The translations under genes were made by a program, and so were the position numbers. A DNA stretch of 64,000 bases from Podarcis muralis (Eukaryota): NCBI RefSeq assembly GCF_964188315.1, contig NC_135670.1, forward strand, positions 15,996,001 through 16,060,000, written 5' to 3'. This document shows, in pieces, positions 40,201 through 51,300 of this stretch. Numbering within the stretch: position 1 is the stretch's first letter; every line of letters starts with the position of its first letter. Below the pieces are notes generated by a model, which was not told the origin of the DNA, made no database searches, and saw only the letters and a program-made list of their open reading frames with translations.

Positions 40201-41920
40201 CCACCAATCACCAGACCAAACGCCAGTGACAATGTCCTGCTAGTGGCAGCCACCAGTTGCCCGTCCCACCTCAGCACTATCCGTGTATAAGATGACCCCC
40301 AATTTTTAGCATTTTTTATAATAAATAAAACCTCGTCTTATACACAGAAAAATACAGTACATAAATAGACCACCATTTCCTACAAGGATCTCAGGGTGGC
40401 ATACAGGCTCCTTCTGCTTCATTCTGTTGTTACAACAGTTCTGTGAGGTAGGTTAGAGAGAGAGAGGCAGACAGACAGACACAAACAGAGTGAGCAATTG
40501 CCCCAAGTTGACTAATTATTATTATTAGTAGTAATAGTAGTACCCTGCCTATCTGACTCGGTTGCTCCAGTGGTATCATTACACTTTAAATCAGGCGTAG
40601 GCAACCTAAGGCCCGGGGACTGGATGCGGCCCAATTGCCGCCTCAGTCCAGCCCACAGACGGTCCAGGAATCAGTGTGTTTTTACATGAGTAGAATGCGT
40701 CCTTTTATTTAAAATGCATCTCTGGGTTATTTGTGGGGCACAGGAATTCGTTCATTTCCCCCCCCCCCCCTTCAAAATATAGTCCAGCCCACCACATGGT
40801 CTGAGGGACGGTGGACCGGCACACAGCTGAAAAAGATTGCTGGCCCCTGCTTTAAATGTATGGTGTGAATGTGACCCTAATTTCACGACTGCCTGCTTTT
40901 CCTTTCCTTGGAACAGATGGCCCAGCTGGTTTCTGTCCCCCACAACGACAGCGCTGGGTTCAGCTTCCTCCAATGGAAGACGGCAGCGTACAGCGCCTTG
41001 CAGCCCAAGCGGGAAGACACTGTCCACTGCGAGTATTACCAGCTGGAGACGGAGAATCGCACGGTTCCTCGGCCTAGCATAGCCCACGCCTACTTTGGGG
41101 AAGAGCTGGAGGTCCACAACGGCGTGGCCGCCATCAACATCTCCTTTGGCAGCGAGGACAGCGAGGCCTACCAAGAAAAGAGCTACCTGAGCTGGTGAGA
41201 AGCGGTCTTGGGGGGCTAGGTTTCTTTTCCCTGCGTAAAAAACAGGTGTGGAAAAGGAGGCCCCTCTTAACCCCTACGCCACACGGACAGTGGATGGAGA
41301 AGCAAGACCATAAGTTGAGGTAAAGGTAAAGGGACCCCTGACCATTAGGTCCAGTCATGGACGACTCTGGGGTTGCGGCACTCATCTTGCCTTACTGGCC
41401 GAGGGAGCCGGCGTTTGTCCACAGACAGTTTTTCCAGGTCATGTGGCCAGCATGACTAAGCCGCTTCTGGCGAACCAGAGCAGCGCACGGAAATGCCGTT
41501 TACCTTCCCGCCGCAGTGGTACCTATTTATCTACTTGCACTTTGATGTGCTTTCGAACTGCTAGGTTGGCAGGAGCAGGGGCCGAGCAACGGGAGCTCAC
41601 CCCGTCGCGGGGATTCGAACCGCCGACCTTCCGATCAGCAAGCCCTGGGCTCTGTGGTTTAACCCACAGCGCCACCCGCGTCCCATATAAGTTGAGGTAT
41701 TGGCTAACAATTTCTCTTCTCTCCCCCCACCCCTCCTGTCACCCCTTCCAGGTCTGCGTTGATTGGCTTCGGCGAGCCCCCTAAGGACGGGTTCTCCCCC
41801 CTCGTGATCGCAATCCTCGCAGTGGGGCTGGGGACTCCAGTGCTGCTCCTGGTGGGGGGCAGCATCACTGTCCTCGTCTCTCGGAAGAAGCCCTATTCAG
41901 AGTACGAACCCATCAACTGA
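34271..41920 (+). CDS. GLMP: Glycosylated lysosomal membrane protein, 6 exons, 403 aa
   Basis: Exons 34271-34360, 37830-38087, 38323-38520, 39421-39639, 40917-41194, 41752-41920 (1212 nt), GT-AG. Signal peptide, NLLHVRAVG.NDTIHYVWS, PRLLHTA, RSIDDEYTP.IF, TM helix and C-terminal YEPIN (YxxPhi lysosomal sorting motif). Confidence 0.96.
34545..35025 (-). mobile_element. Three head-to-tail copies of a tRNA-headed SINE with CR1-like tail in GLMP intron 1
   Basis: Recurrent TGCCTTATAC..GTCAGACCATTGG..ATCTAGCTCAGT.TTG..CACTGACTGGCAG..CCCTACCTGGAGATG..GGGATTGAA units. Confidence 0.6.
35026..35163. mobile_element. Fold-back (palindromic) hAT-like MITE
   Basis: TTCTCAACCTGTGGGTCCCC.GATGTTGTTG.ACTAC.ACT.CCATCA arm inverted almost perfectly around a ~25-nt loop. 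Confidence 0.8.
37118..37330 (+). mobile_element. tRNA-derived (MIR/Squam-like) SINE
   Basis: GGATTCGAATCC B box, GTGACCTTGGGCCAGTCAC core, (AATA)n tail. Confidence 0.75.
37368..37703 (+). mobile_element. Sauria SINE (subfamily A, 5'-truncated)
   Basis: 14-bp TSD TAATGAAAAGCCCA (37354-67, 37704-17). Confidence 0.92.
39933..40357. mobile_element. Tc1/mariner-type MITE in GLMP intron 4
   Basis: TA-CCGTATTTTTCC.CGTATAA / TTATACAC.GAAAAATACAG-TA termini; same terminal type as 1823-2129. Confidence 0.78.
40592..40849. mobile_element. hAT-Charlie-like MITE
   Basis: CAGGCGTAGGCAA / TTGCTGGCCCCTG termini; perfect 8-bp TSD CTTTAAAT (40584-91, 40850-57); a relative lies at 62343. Confidence 0.85.
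41323..41686 (-). mobile_element. Sauria SINE (subfamily A), GLMP intron 5
   Basis: 13-bp TSD ATAAGTTGAGGTA (41310-22, 41687-99). Confidence 0.92.
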
Positions 41921-44900
41921 TTGTTGTCAGTGGACAGTTGCCCTCAGCGGCTTAGCCAAACTGGCTTCTGGTAGCTTAATTCCAGAGGCGTTTCATGCAG
42001 CTGTTTCTGGGGAATGTTTCCTTCAGGGGGATGTCTCAGTGGCTTAATTTATCTCCTGGTGAAGATGCTCTGGTCTGCTAACTATGTTTGGGTACCCTCA
42101 GTAGATGGATGGTGCTACCTGGTGGGGTCACTTGCATTGTCCCCCACCTGTATTCTCTTGTGGAGGGAGGAGGGATGTGCGTTTCAATAGTTTGGCTGCT
42201 TATCAGGATCACTCCCCAGAAGTTTTCCTTCCTACCACTTGAAGTTACTGTCACTTGGAAGACTCTACTGTGATATGTGCAGTTCTCACTATTCCAGAGG
42301 CACAGGGGTGTTTACAATGGGACAGGGAATGTGTGGACCATTAGACATACTTGGACTCCAGCTGCTGTCGTCATCCCTGACCAAGGGCTGCTGGGAGTTG
42401 GAGTCTGTCAGCATCTCGAGGGCTGCAAGTTCCCGGTCCCTGGTTTACGGTGCCCATTCCCCAAAGCGGGTTCTGTGGTTTTTCTTTCGCTGGGTGACGC
42501 TGGAGAGGCTGAATTGTCTTTTCATTTCCCCCGCCAAACACCCTGTGATAAGCTTTGGGGAGGGGTAGTATTTTGGGTCCTCAGTTTCCTCAGACATTCA
42601 CTTTCTTACCCTCTCAAAAAGATAACGGCGTCTTTGCACTGCATTGCATCATCAACAATCTCTTGACCAGACATCTTCCCAAAGATACGTTCTGCCTTTC
42701 ATTTTTTTAAAAAAAAGCATTGTCTTGTTTTCAGTGGGTTACATTTACAAAGTACTGTTTTTTAAAAAAAAATATTGCTGAAATGCCTCCTACAGTTGCC
42801 AACTTCTTTTCCAATTGAGGCTCCTCTGTATTATTTTTTTAAAGGGAACAGAGCTTTCCCCTGGTGGAGCCCTTCCGAGATGGTGGAGGCTGCAGCTGTT
42901 TCTCTTGCTGTGCAATATAATGATGGTGGCGATGATTTGAACAGCTATATCCTTTGGTTCTCTCTCTCTCCGTGATACAGCTGTCAAATGTGGGAAGGGA
43001 AGCTGGCAACCCGTTTGTCTTTTCCCCCCACAAAAAGGGTAAGCCACTGTTGTTGTGTTTACAGGCTAACGGCCATGAAACAAAGGACAAATTGCACTAT
43101 TGACTGTTAAGTAATGCACCTTTTTCTTATTCTGGAAGTTAGGGTCAGAAAACCAGGACACCCCAAAATTGTTGAGCTTTTTTTAAAAAGGAAATCTCCG
43201 AAACTGTTGAGGTCAATTGTCAGAGGACCGCTAAGAAGAGCCAGTTCGGAAGCTCTCGTTTGAAGCGAGAAGGGCTTCCATTTGGGCTGCGTGGACATCT
43301 TTTGGTGTTGGTAAGGGGAAACCAATTCTGATTCCTTCTTTGGTGTGAAGCAGCACAGCACAGCCTAAGGGAAATCTCCCCAACCTGGTGCCTTCTGGAT
43401 GTTGTTCAACCCAGCCAGCACGGCCAATACTCAGGGATGATGGGAAATGTAGTTCAGCAATATCTGAAGGGCAGCAGGTTGGGGAAGGTAGGTCATGGGG
43501 AGGTTTCATTTGCAGAGGTTGTCGGGGAGTTTATGTGCATTTCCAGCTGCCACTTGTCTCTTTTGGACCAATTAAAGATTATTTTGTTTTGGAATTGGTT
43601 TTGTGTGGTTTCTGTAGGCTAATGCCTCTTCCTTTCGGAGCTAAATTTAGGGAGGTAAAGAATCGTTTTTTAATTTTCAATATTAGTATGTGGTCGTTTT
43701 TTAAACCCTTTCTGTTTAAGGAAAGGTCAAAGGTCAGCCGCCTATTCATCTTTTGTTGTGTTTCCATAGAGTGACTGTGTGAAACAGTGGAATCTACATG
43801 TTTTTCACTTCTGCCATTACTGTTCCTGGTTTTGCAATCCTCTGGCTGGCTTCCTGCCACCCGCCTCTGCAAACTGCCAATCCCACTTCCTGTGCTCTTC
43901 TTGGGCCTGCATGGGATTGTGCAATGCAGGCAGCACTGATAACAGGCATCCTCCTAAGCCTGAGTTCTTCCTGGATCTTCCTCGTCCTCATCGCTGGTCT
44001 CTTTTTCAGGTAGCCTGCTTCTGTTGCCATTTCTCCACCCTGCTTGCTCTCTTGCTCCAGGACAGAAATGGGAATAAGCATGAGGGCAAGAGCAGAGCCT
44101 CTTGGCTAGGGCTGCTTTTGTTGCTGTTGTCGAGAAATCACACTAGCAGTAGTAATTGCAAAGATAGCAAATGATCCGCAGAGGCTGGATTATCTTTGCT
44201 GTTACAAAGCTATATACAAAACTTAGCTTAGCTTCCTTGCCCTGCTGGTGTCACCCTGAACTGATTCCCCACCCCCATACAACCATGTCTAAAATCACTT
44301 TGGTTCCTTCTGCCTTGGCTGCTGTCATTTATTTATTTTGTAAAATTGATTGTAAAAGGACGCCCTCAAACCAGTTTACAAGAAATAAAATAATAATAAA
44401 TTTGCCATTAAGAAGAATTAACCAATAATTTAAAACTTCTAGAAAGTTAATAAACTAGAGAATAAAACTCACATCAACTTTCTAAACACTGTATCAGCAT
44501 AGGCTTGCAGTGAGTCCTATTGTTTATGTGCTGCATGAAAAAAGTACTTTTTCATCTCTCCTGACATTTCCCTTCCTGCCCCCGACACCCAAAAAACACC
44601 CGATGAGCAAAAAACAACCCATTACACAGTCACTGCTGCTGTGTAAGCAAATTGGCACTTTTGTGGTGAGCTGTTGGTCACAGACACATGGTGAGCTCTG
44701 ACACCCTATCCCTACTTCTGCTTGCTTCTCATGGGAGCAAAACTGAGCAGTTTCTTTCCAGGGGCACAAACCTTCCAAGTGTGCCCGTTTCCACCAACTG
44801 CTGCCTGCCGAGGCATGTTCAGATTTCAACAACCAGTTTAGGAGGGAGCTGTTCTCTCAAGATCTCCAAAGAGTTATTGCAGCGCATACGTCAGGCAATA

Positions 44901-45081
44901 ATAATAATAATAATAGTAACAGAGAGGTGGTGTGCAAGCCTTAGTCAGGAAAACATCATACTTGTACAATACCTCCAAATTAAATGGATATCGCCTCTGC
45001 TTCCCAAAAGCAGAAGCTTTCATTGTGCCCACTATGAAACAGAACTGCAGAATTGTAAGACACCCAAAGGGTCGTCTAGTA

Positions 45082-45217
45082 CAGGCTTCCTCAACCTCAG
45101 CCCTCCAGATGTTTTTGGCCTACAACTCCCATGATCCCTAGCTAGCAGGACCAGTGGTCAGAGATGATGGGGATTGTAGTCTCAAAACATCTGGAGGGCC
45201 GAGGTTGAGGACGCCTG
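45082..45217. mobile_element. Fold-back hAT-like MITE
   Basis: CAGGC.TCCTCAACCTC.GCCCTCCAGATGTTTT.G.CTACAA.TCCC arm inverted; degenerate 8-bp TSD GTCTAGTA/GGCTAGTC. Confidence 0.78.
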
Positions 45218-46281
45218 GGCTAGTCTAACCACCTGCAATGCAGGAATAGGATAACTAAGGGTGCTAGCATTTGCTTAAAAATAATATCCTTGGACTTCTG
45301 GTCTGCCTACAGAACAGAATGGCAGCGTGAAACAGGTTGTCTTGTCGACAGACAACCGTTTCAGGCTATTTGGATCTGTAGAGGAAGTGCCAGGGCTAGG
45401 CGCTCCCCTGGAAAAAAACAACCATGGAAGAGTGGGGTCTCGAGGGGATCAGCTGAGCAGTGGGGGCGGGGGGGGGGGAGAAGCATTTGCTTAAAAAGAA
45501 TATCCTTCATGATTTAACCATCATTAACTATACAATGGCATAGTTGTGACCAGTACAATAGACACACAAATAGAAAATGATAATAAATAACATAGGTTAT
45601 GTAATATTCTTAAAATATACAAGTGCCCTCAATTCAAAGTGTATCATCCAAAAATAGAGAAATTGCATTATTTCTCCTATATAGATGATATTACATGCCT
45701 GCCAGGTTGCAAAGTGAATTTACCAGCCGCTTGCTGGAGAGGATTTAAGGGACGGGGAGGATGTTGCCATATGGGGTGGCAATGCCTAGCAGCACAAGAT
45801 TTATGGGTAAAGGTCCTAGCTCCTCCATAGCACCACACGTTATCCCTCCAGACCCATGTTTAGCATTGCCATCACTTCCCCCCACCTGAGAAAACTCTGC
45901 AAAATGTGTTATATAAGGACCTAATGATCCACCTAGTAACAGCAACTAGGTTGGAATTTGTCTGGCTTTGGAGACAGCATTCCCACTTCACCTTGAAGGT
46001 TAGCAGCTATAGAAAAAGTCACGTCACCAACATGAGCAGTTTGGAAAGCTCTGGCTTAGGAAAAACAAATGGTTTTTAAAATGAGATTTATCACAGCATG
46101 AGTCAAAGACAAGTGTTCCACAAACAACTGGGCCTCCTTTAAAGGCTTTCACATTCCGAGATGGAGGTTTGGAGCAGCTGTATCTCTAGAGCACACAGTC
46201 CATGTACATCATCAACAGCAGCCTCAGAAGGATCTCGGAAGCCTCTGCAGAGGTGTTGCCACTTGCCGGAGGGAGCTTCCT

Positions 46282-46635
46282 GGGATGCGGGTGGCGCTGC
46301 GGGTTAAACCACAGAGCTTAGGACTTGGCAATCAGAAGGTCAGTGGTTCGAATCCCTGCGATGGGGTGAGCTCCCATTGCTTGGTCCCTGCGCCTGCCAA
46401 CCTAGCAGTTCGAAAGCACGTCAAAGTGCAAGTAGATAAATAGGTACCACTCCGGTAGGAAGGTAAACGGTGTTTCCGTGCACTGCTCTGGTTCGCCAGA
46501 AGCGGCTTAGTCATGCCGGCCACATGGCCCGGAAGCTGTACGCCAGCTGCCTTGGCCAATAAAGCAAGATGAGCACCGCAACCCCAGAGTCGACCACAAT
46601 GGGACCTAATGGTCAGGGGCCCCTTTACCTTTACC
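46282..46635 (+). mobile_element. Sauria SINE (subfamily A)
   Basis: Full-length head-to-tail match to the other copies; no TSD recognised. Confidence 0.88.
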
Positions 46636-47519
46636 TATGCAAGAGAAGCATCCTGGAAGGAGAGGTGCCTCCTGGCTGCCACTGGGTGCGGCATCTCAGA
46701 AATCCAAGACATAGGAAGAGCCCTGCTAGATCAGGTTAACAGCCCAAGTAGCCCAGCATCCAGTTCTGACAGCGACCAACCAGGTGTCCCCAACGGGACC
46801 TTAGTACCCTCTCCTGTAGCCTCCGGCAAATGGTACCTTGAAGGCAGTTGAAGAGGCAATCAAGTCCCCGCTGACCAATGTTTAACTGAAGGGTTGACAG
46901 GTCAGGAACGTCCCAGATCCTGAGACTTCAAGACTCAAACCTGAGACCAAGGGGTGGCCCCTGTCATGGGGGAAGCCCCTGTGGTTCTTCCTCTGCATTT
47001 CCTCCTGTCACTGAACCCTGGAGACGGAGGTTGATTGGGAGAGAGGAGGCAGGAGTAAAGGTTGGAGAGCCCCTTTCCCAAGAGTCTGTGCAATAACTGG
47101 CAGAGACGGAGGTTAATTGGGAGAGGGGAGGGAAAGGGTAGACCACCACCCCATAGTGTCTGTGCAATAATTTGCAGCCAGGTCCTGCTGGGCTGAAGCT
47201 TGCTATCTGCATGCACAGTCCCCCTTTTTATGCTTTTTTATTAATTGCACTCTTGTTCACTTGGAGATCCAAGCCTTCCCTCTGCCACTTAGCGGGGTTC
47301 AGGCAAACCTGGAGACTTCAGACCAGTCTTGGAGATCCAGTAACCCAATTCTATTCTACCTCTGGCTTTGGCTTTGGCTAGCTTTGGACTGGGACACTGA
47401 TCTCTCTGACCAGGCAAACTTCACAGCCCAAATTTTTGTTGGCTGGAAGCATGCCTCATATCCAGGTTTTCCTATGAATCTATGTGCCCGTTGGGCCATC
47501 TGACAAGGAATCAATGGAT

Positions 47520-47752
47520 TCAAATGACAAGAAAGGAAACACCAAACATCAAGAACAACTTTCTGGTGGCAAGAGCTATTCAGCAGCTTAATGGACTTCC
47601 TCGGAAGGTGGCAAACTCTCTTTCCCTGGAGGATTTTAAGAAGTCGGATGGGCATCTGCCAGGGGTTCTTTAGCTGTGGTTCCTGCATTTCAGGGGGTTG
47701 GACTAGATGACTCTTGGGGTCCCTTTCAATGCTACAATTATATGGTTCTATG
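47520..47752 (+). mobile_element. CR1 LINE 3' end
   Basis: AAGAACAACTTTCTG..CTTCCTCGGAAGGTGG..TCTCTTTCCCTGGAGG..GGGGTTGGACTAGATGAC..GGTCCCTTTCAA..TATGGTTCTATG, typical CR1 terminus. Confidence 0.75.
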
Positions 47753-48367
47753 TAGTGTCCATTTCCTGCACAGCCTGGCCCTACCACAACCATTTCTGGG
47801 TAACTGATTTCCTCCTATTTCCAGGAGATGATGACCTACAAACTGTGCTTTTTTTTCTTAAAAAAATGTTTAGGGGTCCTCTCATTTTGACTCAAGAAAA
47901 TCACCATTTTATAATTCAAATCAGGAAAAATAAATACAGTAAATGGACAAAAGTACAAAGATTCACAAAATGTTTAGGGGTATGCGTACCCCTGCGTCCC
48001 CCGCCAGAAAAAAGCACTGCCTACAAATGTCCCTGCCTTCAGACTTCTCACACAATAAGGCTCCCTGAACTTCAGAGTTCAACTTTGCAGCTGGTCTAGA
48101 ATAAGCTTGAATACTACAGAATACAATTTGGCCCCCGTTTTGAGGACAAAGTGGACTCACAAGTAATGGGGAAGAGGGCTCCTTGCCCTACAGGTGTAGC
48201 AAACATTAGGACTATAGCAGGGGATGGTGGGTACCCCATCAGGTAGTGAGACCTGAGTGCCATCATGTATAATGTCCATTCGGTCAAGGCCAGAGTCCAA
48301 GGCAAGGCAGTGGCCATCCAAGAGAGGGGGTCTGGGCTGAGGCCTCTCCCCTCCCCGCCTGCCCTCT

Positions 48368-51300
48368 TCAGCCCCAGAACCGAGGCTTGGTGGCTGCCAG
48401 GCGCTGCTCCTTCTCTTGGGAGGACTTGCCACTGCTGTCGGCCACAGCAAACATGTTCTCTGGATCCATGATGAACATGCTGTAGAGGTTGAACAACAGC
48501 ATGGTGAAAAGGGGCAGGAACGTCAGGCCGAATCCGAAACCACGGAAGGAGCGGCCCATGGCGTAGGCTAGCCAGTAGAGGAGCCTGGAGGAAATTGGGA
48601 AAAAGGGTGGGAGGGAGGAGAGAAAGCAAGCAAGGTCAAAAGATGGCCGTGATTGTTATGTATTCAGTGGTCTCTGTTTGCCTGAGCTTGAGTTTTGGAC
48701 TGAGCCCCTGTGTTCTGATTCGATACATGATATCCAATCACAGAACATTTCAGGATTTGGGCCTCTGCCATTGGTCCTTAAACTTATGATTCGCAGCTTG
48801 GAAGTTTGGACAGCCAATCACGTTGGGAGTGGGAGTGGCCCAGGCCTTCAGAAATGTATATAAGCAGTTGCTTTGCCCCTGTTGTTCAGTTCTGTTAGTT
48901 CAATGAAGGTTCTTGCTGTTATCACTGTGTCTTGCCTCGTGGGAACCCACGACACTTCAGTGATGCTAGATGCCGTCACTACCTTGAAGATGAAAAATGG
49001 AGATTTAACTGGCTTTTGTGGGACAGTGCAGCAGGGGAGGGGGTAGCCCCAGTGGTGTAGTGATTAGTGTGCTGGACTAGGGTCCAGGAGACCAGGGTTC
49101 AAATCCCCACTCAGCCACGAAGTTCACTGGGTGACCTTGGCCCAGTCATTGCCTCGCAACCTAACCGACCTCACAGGGTAGGATAAAATGGGGAGGAGGA
49201 CAAATCTGTAGGCCATCTTGAGGTCCTTGGAGGAAAAAGGTGGCATATAAATAATCAACCGCTGGTCTCCCCAGGAATATTAGACAACGTGCCTAAAACT
49301 CCGCCTCACCTCTAATGAGCTAGATTAAACTGGCTGGTCACCTGCTGGTGCCCCCCACCCTTTAGACCAAGACAGGCCCTTCTAGGTCAGTACTACCTGC
49401 AGGGCCACCGGCCCTTCCATTAAAATATGAAGGCAGCCTGAGTGCCCCCCTGGTCTTGCAGCTTTTATCTGCTGGGCTGTCCTACCACCACCTGCCCAAT
49501 GAGGCGCTCTCCTTGTCCTGCTCAAGGATCTTCTTTCAGAGCAAGGCACTCTGCCTAGAGGGGCCCTGAAAGTGCATTACCTGTAGCAGTTAATGATGGG
49601 AAGCAGGGTGAGGGGGGGGGGAGGTATTCTAGGCTGCATTAGGCCCTGAAGCAGACTGTGGCAGCAGCACAGGCACTTTCATAGGATCATAGGTAATTGC
49701 CTTATACTGGTCCAGTTAGTGCAGTATTGCCTACACTGGCTGGCAGCAGTGGCTTTCCAGGGTTTCAGGTGGGTTTCTCTCCCAGCCTTACCTGGAGATG
49801 CCAGCAGGGACTGAAGGTTCGGACAATTAATGACTGGGAGTTGCTGTGCCATTAAACTTCAGATAACAGACTTTACAGCATCCCGGATTGGAATGGAGTC
49901 AGAGGGAGCTGCGCTGATAAAAAGACAGTTGGAAAAATATATACTAACAAAGATGTATTTGACGGATGAAAGTATATGATGTTTGACATGACTGAGAATC
50001 GTGGACTCAGGGATGGAGAATTATAAAGCGTCAAAATCGAGATGTGGAAAATATGGGAACGAGGGGAAGCAGGCCTGAGATGTGGAGATACGCTTCAGAG
50101 ATCCAGACTGTGGGGAGCTCTGAAAAATTAATAATTATAATTTGGACTATAATTTGGTCTTTTTATTTTAGTTTTTTATTTTAATTGGAGTATTATGATT
50201 GGATATATTAATTGAATGTTTTTTATTGGAAAATCAATAAAAATGTGTTTTTAAAAAAGAACCTAGGACCTTCTCCATGAGAAGCAGGTGCTCTGTCACT
50301 GAGACACAACCCAGAGTCTGCTTTCATAGCCAGCCTGCCCAGACCGTCTTGCTCAGGAAGAGAAATAGGGGCCTTCTAGCATCTCTCTGCGCCCTTAACA
50401 AACCGCAGCTCCCGGGATTCTTCGCGGGAAGAAGCCATGACTGTTTAAAGTGGTACCATAGCGTTTTAAAAATGGATGGTGTGGACCTGGCCATGGCTGC
50501 TGCATTAGGGGCCTCCAGACGAGGAGGCCCTGCTGGGCCTGCTGTTGAAATTGTGCCTGTGCTGCTGCCACTAACCATTCGCTGCGTTTCTGCTTCTCTC
50601 TCTTACCGTGAAATGGCAAAGAGGGCTGTCAGCAGAGGGATGAGCTTGAGGCCTTCCTGGGGCAGGTAAGTGGAGAGGACGGAGATGTTGAAGAAGTACA
50701 GGATGAAGAGCTGGACTGACTGGGAGACGTAGTGGCGGTGGATCTCCACCTCCCGGCGCAGCTCGCCAAAGGGCTGCAGGGAGGAGAAGCAGATCCGCGA
50801 GACCCCGTAAACGATCATACCTGCAGGATGGAGAGAGAGAGAGAGAGAGTGCACTCAGATACCTGATCATGAAGATGCAGTGGACTTCAAAGGATGCCAG
50901 GACCCTGCATCCCAGGACATCTGCTTCCGAGCTGGGTTCAAGGCCCTCGTATTAATTTACAAAATCCAGACCACCTAAACCCTTTTATTCCAGCTCGATC
51001 ACCAATATGATCTGCAGGAACGTCTTTGACTATTCCCCAAGCTGGCAAGGCTCATTTGACAACTAGAAAACAAACCTTTAGTTTAGTGGTTCCCAGACTT
51101 TCTCAGGGACCTGCCACCTTGGTTCCAAGGGCCACATTCACACCATCCATTGAAAACATTGTCACACCACTTTAAACAGTTGTGGCTTCCCTGAAAAGAA
51201 TTCTGGGAACTGTAGTTCATTAAAGGTGCTGAGAATAGTTAGGACACTCCCTATTCCCTTCACACTGTTAACTAGAGTAGTTTAACTGCCAATCCCACTT

